From NCBI RefSeq assembly GCF_006345805.1, contig NC_043012.1, forward strand, positions 30,690,001 to 30,754,000: a stretch of DNA of 64,000 bases, written 5' to 3'. The translations under genes were made by a program, and so were the position numbers. Position 1 is the stretch's first letter; each line of letters opens with the position of its first letter. Under the pieces are notes generated by a model. It was not told the origin of the DNA. It was given only the letters and a program-made list of their open reading frames with translations, and did no database searches. This DNA is from Octopus sinensis. Taxonomy: Eukaryota. Below, piece by piece: positions 53,180 to 64,000 of the stretch.

Positions 53180-54340
53180 GTGTATATACGTATGTGTATA
53201 TATATTTGGAAGAACAATACTCCGTTGTGGGCGTCAGTTGTAGACTATCCTCAGCAGCTGAAGGCAGAAATATCCTCTGGCCTTGTAGAGAAGGGTCAGG
53301 TGGGGGAATGCGGACCAAGCTAAGCTAAGGATGTACTTTCGCCCGACGAAGACCTTGGCGGTAGCAAGGCCTAGCAATTGGAACACCGATACACTCAAGA
53401 TCACTGTTTGAGGAATGAATACAGGTTTTGTATGTCTTCGTTGCATGTGAATGAGGCACAGTTGGGGAAATTTGGGGAAGAATAAAAGGATGTGTCATCT
53501 GCAAAAAGCTTGCTCCTATACTCAGCAAACTATTTAATCTCTCATCCTCTACGGATATATAATCTGATATTTGGAATCCCCTCCCCCCTCCCCTCGGCCT
53601 GACCCAGGCAGCTATCGATCTAATGTTCTCACTTCTAACATCTTTAACATAAGAGAGACATTGATGTCTTGAAGGAAGGAAGGGAATAGAAGACAAAATG
53701 TAGCGTTGAGGATCACCAGAGTTAATTGAAAGTAGAGCAGAAAGTGTTCCTGTAAGATATGCCACATTGATAGAATCAGATGGGAAGATATCGATCCGAG
53801 AGATTAGAGATGGATGGAGCCCGAAGGCAGGAAGTTTTGAAAGGAGATTTGAGTACTGGACGCGGATCAATGGCTTTGCTGTTGTCTAGAGCTCCATGTA
53901 AGCCGCGTTGATAGTCTTCGAGGAGAGAAACTGAACGTTTTGGAGAAGATGATTCTTAATAGTTGTCTTATATTAGAAATGAGAACATTAGGTCGATAGC
54001 TGCCTGGGTCAGATGGTTTTCCTCGCTCGAGGTCATGCTGAGGGGAGGAGGCACCCAAATATCAGAGTATATGTCCTTAGAGGATGAGAGATTAAATAGT
54101 TTGCTGAGTATAAGAGCAAGCTCTGGGGTGTAACTTTTGAGAAGGGATCGGTGATCCTACTCAAAAGTTGCTCTTCAGGGTTTGTGGAAACGAATGGGAT
54201 AGATTTGTAGAGGATTAACCAAGGTTTTGTTGTGCAGAGCTTGATACAAAGTGGTTTGCAATTATGAAAGCTTTCCTGTGTCTGGTTAGTGCTTTCATAT
54301 ATTAAGAATGAAAGTTTGGTTTTTAGGTCTTTCACAAGTT
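53180..54340 (-). mobile_element. L2/CR1-group LINE RT fragment with internal inverted duplicate
   Basis: DPGSYRPNVLIS; LLSKLPAFGLHPSLIS..SINSGDPQ..LSS; FADDTS. Confidence 0.8.
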
Positions 54341-54424
54341 AGAGTCTCATAAAGCCGGAGATTAGCCCGGAATCAATTATTTATAAGCGACTGAGAGTAC
54401 AATAATCCCCTCTGGAGAGCCTAA

Positions 54425-54600
54425 TTACTTGGCCTCGTTGTTAAGATGTTGGATGCTAGGTCGTAAGATCGTGATTTCAACTCTGAGGCCCGGCAGTACG
54501 TTGTTTACTTAAGCAAAATACATCGTTTTCTGTTGCTTCAGACCAGCTACAGTACCAACAGCAGCTATGGGTTAATCCGCAAGTGGGGAACATCATCGCG
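54425..54600 (+). mobile_element. SINE family C, diverged
   Basis: ttggcctcgttgttaagatg..gatcgtgatttcaactc..ttaagcaaaatacatcgttttctgttgc. Confidence 0.45.
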
Positions 54601-55490
54601 TTTAACTTGCGTGGTGGTGGGAGTATCTTAATACCTTATTCTGTTATACACCATAACAACTAGAACGCTGAAATGGTTCTATCAGACCCGAGACTTAAAA
54701 ATAACAACAAAAAAAATCAAAATAAAATAACACAAAATGCATTCCAAAGTTAAACATAAAAACATTAAGTGAGATTTGAACTCGAAACAGTACACATCAG
54801 AGGTCAAGAATTCGGTTAAAGGCTTCGGGAACTGGTAGGAAGAAGAGTGGTTGATATCCTTTGGCCAGAGACCTGAAATGCATTTAAACGTGACAAGGTG
54901 TTGGCGGCGGTGGTGGTTGTCGTTGTACTTGTAGTGGCGTTGGTTGTTGGGGTGGTTACGGTGGTGGTATTGTGGCGATAACAGTTGTAGAGCTAGTGGT
55001 GTTGGTTGTGTTAAACAAAACGACTTGTAATGTCTAATGTAGTAAGACAGGAATTTATTACCGGAAGTTACATATTTCCTGTGATAGTAACAGATTCAAT
55101 AAAGCCACACGTGGGAAGGAATGGATGAGGGAAAAGAAGAGGGAGAAGGAGAGAGCGGAGGAGGAGAAGAGGAAAAAGGTGTGTCGATGTTATGTCAAGT
55201 CTTTCCACCTCTCACATCATATACCTACTTGTTACTTGCTGGTTGTGGGTGGTGTTGCTTGTTGTTCACGAGGATGGTGATGATGATCATGATGCTCTCG
55301 TTGTTAAGCAATACCTTGGGAGAAACTATTTAATATTTTATGCTGCGTTGTGTATGCATGTGTGTGTGTGTGTGTGTATATATATAAAATCAAAATAACA
55401 GGATATCAAGTAGTAATGCAGTACGACCGTTTCAACTTAAGTACATAATTCATCTGAATCTTACTTTATACACATACAAATGCATGTATG

Positions 55491-55581
<91 letters not shown>

Positions 55582-56057
55582 GAGACCTACATATATGTTT
55601 GTTTATACATGCATATATATATATATGTATGTAGGCACGTGCGTTTACACATATTTCGAATTATTTTTTACACAACCACTTTATCTGAATAAATATTTTG
55701 TCCAAATATGCACACACACACACCACACACACACACACACACACATACATGCACACACACACGCACACTCACACATGCGCACGCACATGCACACACTTAT
55801 ACACACAAACCCATATACGCTGTTATATTAGATAATATTTCTACAGAAGCGACTCAAAGTTATCGAAGGTATTATTTAGTGAGTCAGCACAAAACCGAGA
55901 GCCTGAGTTACTCTCGTGGTTGGCTCAGCCAGCACGAAATTATATACACTCTGCTTTGCATAGAGAATTCCTTCATCTTTCAGTTTGTAGAATCATCGTC
56001 ATCACCGTCGTCATTATTATCAGCATCCTTATTATCATCTTAATACATAATCTCTCG

Positions 56058-56252
56058 AAATCATTAGCGGTATTTCTTCCGGCGCTTTACGTTCTAAGTT
56101 CGAAAAATGTCGAGGTCATCTTTGCCTTTCAACCTTTTGGGATCGATAAAATAAAGTACCAGTCATATTCTGGCGTCGGTGTAATCATCTAGTTCCCCTT
56201 CACCAAAGTTTAGGTCTCCTGTGCCTTTCATAAGTAGAAAGGATTATTATTA
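56058..56252 (+). mobile_element. SINE family B
   Basis: ttagcggtatttc..gaggtcatctttgcctttcaacc..gatcgataaaataaagtaccag..tagaaaggattatt. Confidence 0.75.
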
Positions 56253-56805
56253 TTGTTAAAGAAATAGCATAGGATCCGACATCGCTTCAAATATTTCAAA
56301 TTGATTCTTGTCAGGGAATCTCTGATGAGAATTTAATGTTTGAAACGTTTGTCCACGCGTTGGCTTTTATTTGCGCAATACAGTATCTAACCCGTTGTTA
56401 GAATAGTTGAAGTACACCGAGTCCATATATCGGAGCTTCTTAATCTTTGGTTTAGAACCCCCCTCTCTCCCCTCTATCTCTCTCCACACACACACACATA
56501 TATATACATACCAATAGCTATATATGTATACTTATACATGTAGGCCTGTGTTCTTTTTCACATATCTCTTAAACATGCAAACGAAATCCCATACGTGTTA
56601 TGAAACATACTTTAATTGTGTTCAACAACAGCGAATTCTTCAATTACTCCGGTTCTGTGTTGCGTGTTACTAGGTGCATTCTTTTCCATATCTTAATAAT
56701 ATAATTAACTGCCTGCCTTCCTAGAGTTAACATCGCGGGACACTCTTAACGGCGGATGATATAAACGGAACGACTCCTATGTTTATGAATGTGTATATGC
56801 TTGTA

Positions 56806-56861
<56 letters not shown>

Positions 56862-57606
56862 TATATATATATATATGTATATATATTATATACGTATCTA
56901 TTGATGTGTGTGTTTGCATACGTGTATATGTTAGGCTGTGTTTTCTTTAGAAGCTTATCTCCACTGAAGATAACTTTCAATCGACAGTTCCCTGGGAACA
57001 TGTAAACACTTATTTCTCTTCCTCTCTCTCTCTCTCTCTCGATATATATATATATGTATATATATATATACTTGTGTATGTGTGTGTATATTATACGTCA
57101 AGATACATATATGTATGTGTGTATTAGCAGCGTTGCAACAATGAAATTATTAAAGAAATATTCATATACGAAAAATGGTTGGAACCAATTTTAAAGACTG
57201 AAGCAGATTTTATAAATAACAAAGGAACTCAAAATATCTTAACGAGAAATCGACGAGACAGGACTGAACATTGTTGAAGAGGACAGAAATAGAGAGAGAA
57301 GAGAAGGATTAAGAGAAGGCAGGATTGAGAGATCAAAATAAATTAAAATGCTTTGAAGATTTATGTAATAGTATGGAAAAGCTTGGAATCTGAAGACGAG
57401 TCAGAAATGCCATTTACGATATCTCTGCACGTTTATGCAGCTTTCACGTAGAAATGGCATGACGGAGATTAATACAGTTCCGACTCCTAACACCAGTATA
57501 TATAGACGATAAGGCGGTTAAACCACGAACCAAATGCATAATTTCACATACTTACATACATATATACATACATATTTATGTGTGTGCATACATACAAATA
57601 TACATA

Positions 57607-57659
<53 letters not shown>

Positions 57660-57764
57660 TTTTTATATATATAACAAATTAATAAATAAAACATATGCAT
57701 ATATACATACATATATGTACGTACCTACATCTACATGTATATATACATGCATATATGGGTACAG

Positions 57765-58430
57765 GACACCCAAAAAAAGAAACGTCGAACACAATGAGAA
57801 ACGAAAACATAAACACAAAACCAAGGAACTGGACATTTTTCTTAAACAACGAAAAAATAGAGTACAGGACATATAACACAAAGAAAATTCCCCTTCGTCA
57901 GTCGCCACCGTTTCATCTACTCCGCGTTTCGAAGGTGTAGGCGAGACGCGACTTCGGTGAAACGTTCCTTCCCGCAAAAAGCAAATTAAATAAAATTTGA
58001 GATTTTTTTGCGGAGGGATAAAAATGGTAACAAAAACAGGACAGTAAAGACAGTACAAAATATAAACAGTAAAAGACAGGACAAGGAGAATAACAGTAAC
58101 ACAGACAAGAAGGGCTGTTAAGCCAAACAAGATAAAATATTACGAACGCTATTTTTGAGAACGGCAAAGGAGCCACAGAAAATGCCGTCTACACTTGGGG
58201 GAAGCAAGGTCAGAAAAGACAGTAGTTTCCTCATCGCTGACCAGCGACGGGACAGAGGAGAAGGAGTAAGAGAAAGGGAAGGGGAGAGAAAAAAGAGGAA
58301 TAGTTGTAGAGAAAACCAGAAAGAATGAAGAATGAGAGAGAGGGAGGGAGAGACAGTAAGGTAGAAGAAAAGGAAACCAGAAAGAAGGAAGGCTGAGAAA
58401 GGGAGGGGGACAGAAAGGTTAAGAGTGCGC
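57765..58430 (-). mobile_element. Probable Penelope-like terminal repeat region
   Basis: Purine-rich plus strand; minus strand carries GAAAC/CTGACGA pieces and a hammerhead-like relic at 58208-58242. Confidence 0.35.
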
Positions 58431-58483
<53 letters not shown>

Positions 58484-59590
58484 TGCCTTCATCCTTTCCT
58501 TTTGTGGAACATTTTAGCGTATTACTTAAATCTCTGAAATGCATTGTTTGATTTCCTCAATACTGTCGCTTCAAAGACTCTTTCTTTTAATTTGATTGTA
58601 GTACGAAAGGTAAAATCTTCAATATATTCAATTCTCTTTCTGTTCTCTTATATTTCTGTTACTTTACACGTTCTCCAATCTTCCACATTGATTCTTTGTT
58701 TCATAAATTATCTCTCAAAAAACTCTATCATCGTGTTAAAAAGCAGAACATACTTCAGAACCAAGCGAAACGAAATTAACCCAGAAGTGATCACGAGAGT
58801 GACACACACGCCAAGTATGTTTTATTGATAATGTTTTATTATTATTATTATAGAGCTTCTTCTATTGCATAATCCAAATTTATTCTGCCCACGATTGGTC
58901 CTTGCAAATCAGTACATAGCTTATACACTATTTGTATAAACTTTGGATTAACGGATTGGATTTTATACTTATAACAAGAAGAATGAGCTGCCGGCAGACG
59001 AAAATTAGTTTAGAAAAATGCAAAAGGCAACATAGGATAACAACAACACGAAAGCACTTTTCTGTCTGCGATACTCAACTTACCCAGAAAAACCTCAATA
59101 CTATATTTAGATATACTTTTCCACGCGTTAGAGCAAAGAAATAAAATCATAACAAAAAAAAAACATCTTTTAAGCTGCATTTGTCCCCATTTAGAGCTGA
59201 AAATGCAATGACTGTTGCTGGTGCAGTGTAGATTGTCTGTTTATGAAATTAGACTCCCAAAAGAGGTGTCTTTAAAACCTTACATCGTTACGGAATTTAT
59301 GACAAGACGTAATATAATAGTCTGTAAATACCCATCACGCCACAAATAACGTATGGGAAGAGGCTTACTCGTATTTTTTTTCTTTCTGAATGCGACCCTA
59401 ACGTCTTGGGAATCAGAATTCTGGGATTTTATTCAAGAATATTTCACCGGATGGGTTTTGTGGATATCTTCATAAATATCTGAATCTAACTGAAATCTAT
59501 GTGTTTGTATGTCTTTGTACATGCACAAACACACACAAATATATGTATCTATATATACATACATACATACATACATACATACATACATAC

Positions 59591-59622
<32 letters not shown>

Positions 59623-59634
59623 TGTATATATATA

Positions 59635-59719
<85 letters not shown>

Positions 59720-59892
59720 GAATGGACAAGCAAATTAGTCCAAGTTAATATACAAAAATCTACATATATATAAATATAGAAAAGTCCGATTTACATAGAA
59801 TAAAAATGATATCAGGAATTACTGGAGTTGAGTAGGAGTTTCACGAGTCCAACAGCTGTTTCTGGGGGTTTGGTGGTCCACCTTCTCTAATT

Positions 59893-59975
<83 letters not shown>

Positions 59976-60060
59976 ATATATGTGTGTGTGTGTGTGTATA
60001 TATATGTGTCTGTGTCTGTGTGTATATATATTGTGTGTGTGTGTGTGTGGTATATATTAT

Positions 60061-60093
<33 letters not shown>

Positions 60094-60110
60094 GTGTGCC
60101 AGTGTGTGTG

Positions 60111-60142
<32 letters not shown>

Positions 60143-60206
60143 AATATATATGTGTGTATATATGTGTATATATATGTTTGTGTATATATATATTTATACA
60201 CACACA

Positions 60207-60732
60207 CAGAGGGTACAGTGAATAGACTGTCGTCTAAATTACGCAAAAATTAAAATAACACTGAGAACTCATTTTAACAGGTATTTTTAACAAAAATTAC
60301 ATAAAAATCTCTTGAAATACTAAAAAGTAAATTTGTCCAATAAAATCGCCATTGGCTTCAACCATGGCCTCCAGACGACTTCAGAATCTCCTGCAACTCT
60401 TCTGGACGACCTCCTTCTTTAAGTTGGTGAATACTGCCATAATCCCTGCCTTCAGTTCATCGTTGGTGTAACAAGGTGTTTTGTTGGTCTCTCGTTCAGC
60501 TGCCCCAAATGCATAATAATCAAGGGGGTGCATCCGGCGCGAATGCCAAGCAATACAGCATGTCGTTTCCAAATGTCTGGTGGAGTGAATTACGGCATGT
60601 TGCTGTTTTTCCTCACAGACAGTGCCCAACTGACCCTACAGTGCTGTGTAGTTGACAAAATCAAAAACAAACAATGCGCATGCGCTGAATTAAAAATATA
60701 AAAGGGCGACTGTTTACCCATCCCACCCTGTA
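60207..60732 (-). mobile_element. Non-autonomous Tc1/mariner-superfamily remnant (transposase C-terminus)
   Basis: PLDYYAFGAAERETNKTPC..DELKA..CRRF*SRLEAMVEANG; right end ..tttacccatcccaccctgTA, degenerate left TIR. Confidence 0.75.
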
Positions 60733-61382
60733 TATCTCTTTATCTATCTATATAGGCACGAAATTGAATATTAGTGTTTTTGGTTGATCACTGATAAAAG
60801 GTCCTTCTATGTCTGTCCTACGGATACGTTTTGTACTATTTAATGCATTTTTTCATTTATAGAGTAACGGAACGCCACGCATCCCGACTTTTGTTAATAG
60901 CAAGTTTTTATATATATTTTGCGACTCTTTCTTTCCCTCTCTCTCTCTCTCACGTGCTATTATTCCTTTTCTAGCATCCCCACTTCCTCTCTCTCTCTCT
61001 CCCTCTCTCTCGTCTTCTCACAATTGCTGACCTTCTCCCTTTCTGCCCCCGTTCTCTCTCTCTCCTCCTTTTCCCTTCTATCTACTGACCGCACATGATC
61101 CTTGACCAGTTCTCTAATCTCTGCCTTTTCGCCACCGGACACCTAACTTGCCGGTCAACATTTTCTCCTCTCTTACAATTTCTCTCCATTTGAGGACTTC
61201 TTCCAGGCGTTACCCATCATTCTAGTGTTTGGCCGAAAGGCTCCATTTATCCCGTCTTCGTCAATCGTTTCAAATTACACTTGTTTACTTTCATACGTCC
61301 ACCCTGTATTGTCTTGTTTGCTCGATCCCTAATTCTATGCAAATCTTGCGGGTGCCGCCGATATACGAAGTTTCCATTATAT

Positions 61383-61413
<31 letters not shown>

Positions 61414-61415
61414 TG

Positions 61416-61455
<40 letters not shown>

Positions 61456-62139
61456 TATATATATATTATATATATATATAATTGTAGATTAATTCAACGG
61501 AAACGGATCCAAAGTCTACGAGGCAGTTGCTCAGTCTGGTGAGGGAGATGTCCTCCAATTCGCCAAAAGAAATTTGTTCATATCTTTGCATTTGGTGAAT
61601 TCAGGATCCAGAATTTTCGTCAGGAATAGGACCAAACTTATCCGGACGATATTTTGGAGTCTGTAAACGAAGAAAGACTTCGAGTGAAATGTGATAAATA
61701 TGCCAAAAAATAACCTAAATCTTTCGGTGGTTCTGCCCAGTGATTTTGAATAAGTCTATTTATGTGTGATGCGTGGTTTATTTTTGCTATGTTCTCGATG
61801 TGAAGCTCAAATTTGGCGCTCATCTGCCCAAGTTAAGCATTGATAGGGTTAACTTTTTAATTTGACAGGTCCTTCCTTCTGCCCTTGGATTCTTTGGTCC
61901 CGGGCTCGTTCCGCAGATTTCAATTCTTTAACTATTTCCAATTTTAGACCAGTCTCATATCCTGAGTTTCCAACTTCAGAAAATAATACCCTGAAATCTT
62001 TTCTTTTTTTTTTCGTTCATCAAGTAGTAGTAGTAGTAGTAGTAAGCGGCAGCTGCTTCTTTCAGAATAGATATGGAGAAAAAATAGCACAGTTGGTCCC
62101 TTGGGGTAAATTGTAAATTCAGCAATGTGGAGTAATGTT

Positions 62140-62620
62140 GGTAGGGTAATAATGGCCCCATCATAGTAGTGTTGGAGGTGTTGATGGTAGTGGTGGTGTT
62201 TAGTGATGGTGTTGGTGTCGCCGTTGATGATGGTGGTGGTAGTTGTGTCATCGTTGGCGGTGGTTATAAAAGTTGGTGATGGCGAGGATGACTTTGTTAT
62301 TGTTGTTGCAGCGGATGAGGATGTTGGAAATGTTGTGGCCATCATCATATAATTATTGGTGGTGAGGGAAGTGACGGTTGTGATGGAAATGGTAATGATG
62401 GTGGTAGTGTGGTGGTGGTAGTGGTGGTGGTGGTGGTGGTAATGGTGATGATGGTGGTAGTGGTAGTGATGGTGGTAATGGTGATGACCGTGATGGTGGT
62501 TGTCATCGTCCTGATGGTGGTGATGACTGTGGCCGTGCTGGTTATTGTTGTGGGTATGGTGTTGGTGATGGCAGAGATAGCTCTGATGGTGGTGGTGATG
62601 CTGTTGATGCTCTTGTTGAT
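62140..62620. repeat. Degenerate (GGT/GAT)n trinucleotide block
   Basis: Direct reading; source of poly-V/T ORFs. Confidence 0.9.
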
Positions 62621-63165
62621 AATGTCGAAACTACTATTTTCTTTCTTTTTTTTTTTTTTGCTGTTTTGCTTCACAGAAATTTCAATTTTCCATGTTTCTG
62701 TCTTACAATATAATGTAATTGTTCTTGATGTTGTTGTTGTTAACCAGGAGTGGAAGACAGCGACGAAATGGGTGGGTTGTAATATACGAAACTAAGGGGC
62801 AGTTTTATTGGCGAGTTACATAGTTTGAAAGAAATGGGGGTGGGGGAAAGAAAACTAGAAACGTGGTGGGGGAGGTTTTACAGCGCGGATATAAAGTAGA
62901 ATATGGCGGAAGAGAAAGAAAAAAAGAAAGGAAGGAAGCAAACAAAGGAAGGAAGTTCTAAAATAGAGAAATATAGAGATTTTGGCTGAAGGTATTTTTA
63001 GGGGTAGAGCTTGGTTAATTTTTTTAAAAAAAAGGTTTGTTTTTGTTGTTGTTGAAGCTGTTCTTGATTTGGCAAGATGCCATATTGGTTTCTGTTCCGG
63101 AAGGCATGATTCATCAAAAGTAAAAAAAAGTAGTGGACCGGGGGTGGGGTGAAGTGAATGGTAAT

Positions 63166-63214
<49 letters not shown>

Positions 63215-63520
63215 AGAGAGAGAAAGTGTGTGGGGGTGGGCATCGTTTACCTTTAGAGGATTAGAGGAATGGCATGAGGTAAGAAAGGAAGAATATAGGG
63301 TGAAAAGAGTGGTGGAGGTGGTGGTGGTTGGGGAAGACGTTTGGCAAAATGGCGGGGTAGAATGAGGTCTTTAACGGGTAACGAAGCAATAGCTACGAGT
63401 TGTATTTTTCAATAGGATAGTCACGTGTATGTGCATAGGGGAAGAGCAGTTGTAATAGTAGTGTGTATATATATATACACACACACACAGACATATATGC
63501 ATATATATACATACATATAC

Positions 63521-63565
<45 letters not shown>

Positions 63566-63612
63566 ATACGCACACACACAAATACACACATGTGTGTATG
63601 TATGTATGTATG

Positions 63613-63677
<65 letters not shown>

Positions 63678-63685
63678 ATATATAT

Positions 63686-63792
63686 TGGCCTGCTCGCTTA
63701 GCCAGCGGGGTGGCGTCATTCGAAGGCTAAAACAATGCGAACGCATTGTGACCAGCGATGTGTACATCTGATGGACTGGTCGTTCACGTGAT

Positions 63793-63800
<8 letters not shown>
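63686..63800 (+). mobile_element. SINE 3' half (family C-type tail) between (TA)n tracts
   Basis: ggtggcgtcattcgaaggctaaaacaatgcg..gaccagcgatgtg..cacgtgatcacgtgata. Confidence 0.55.
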
Positions 63801-63850
<50 letters not shown>

Positions 63851-64000
63851 ATATATGTCTTGCTTATGGTCTATAGAAAGCGACAACGCTGCGCTGTTCG
63901 TCTTGACAAATCATATCTCATAGACATAGAGGGACAAAAAGTAGACGAATATCAGGAACAGACGAGAAGCGTCTAGCAGTGACAGAGGAATAATTAAAAC

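Noticed and set aside
57391-57420. CTGAAGA..GAAAT hammerhead-like words
   Set aside because: Stem II register is wrong and stem I is absent
63257-63278. Possible 22-nt microexon (tttag|AGGATTAGAGGAATGGCATGAG|gtaaga); also a 6-nt candidate near 5178
   Set aside because: Cannot be tied to any gene; indistinguishable from chance splice-like pairs

Overview
AT-rich, microsatellite-saturated eukaryotic DNA. The SINE/LINE repertoire and the TA/CA/GA/TTA/TACA density look like an octopus (coleoid cephalopod) intron or intergenic region; this is recognised from memory, not from a database search. There is no prokaryotic operon, CRISPR array, rRNA or bona fide tRNA gene, and almost all ORF-track entries are translations of simple repeats. 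The window is mainly a transposon graveyard: R4/Dong-type RLE retroelement pieces in (TAA)n tracts, CR1/L2-group APE-RT LINEs, an L1/Tx1-like and an RTE-like remnant, an internally deleted mariner with intact TIRs, a second Tc1/mariner remnant, a Helentron/HINE-like element, Penelope-like termini with hammerhead-like relics, and about 20 copies of four tRNA-derived SINE families. The most notable observations are four. (1) At least 8 short, near-perfect local inverted or direct copies anchored at microsatellites, suggesting recurrent fold-back/template-switch repair or an assembly artefact. (2) A speculative phase-consistent 3-exon minus-strand gene model of about 220 aa with no recognised homolog. 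(3) A shared structured 3' tail linking one SINE family to the CR1-group LINEs. (4) Several Penelope-type minimal hammerhead relics. No convincing novel protein-coding system was found. Element boundaries are read by eye and are approximate unless TIR/TSD or splice coordinates are given.
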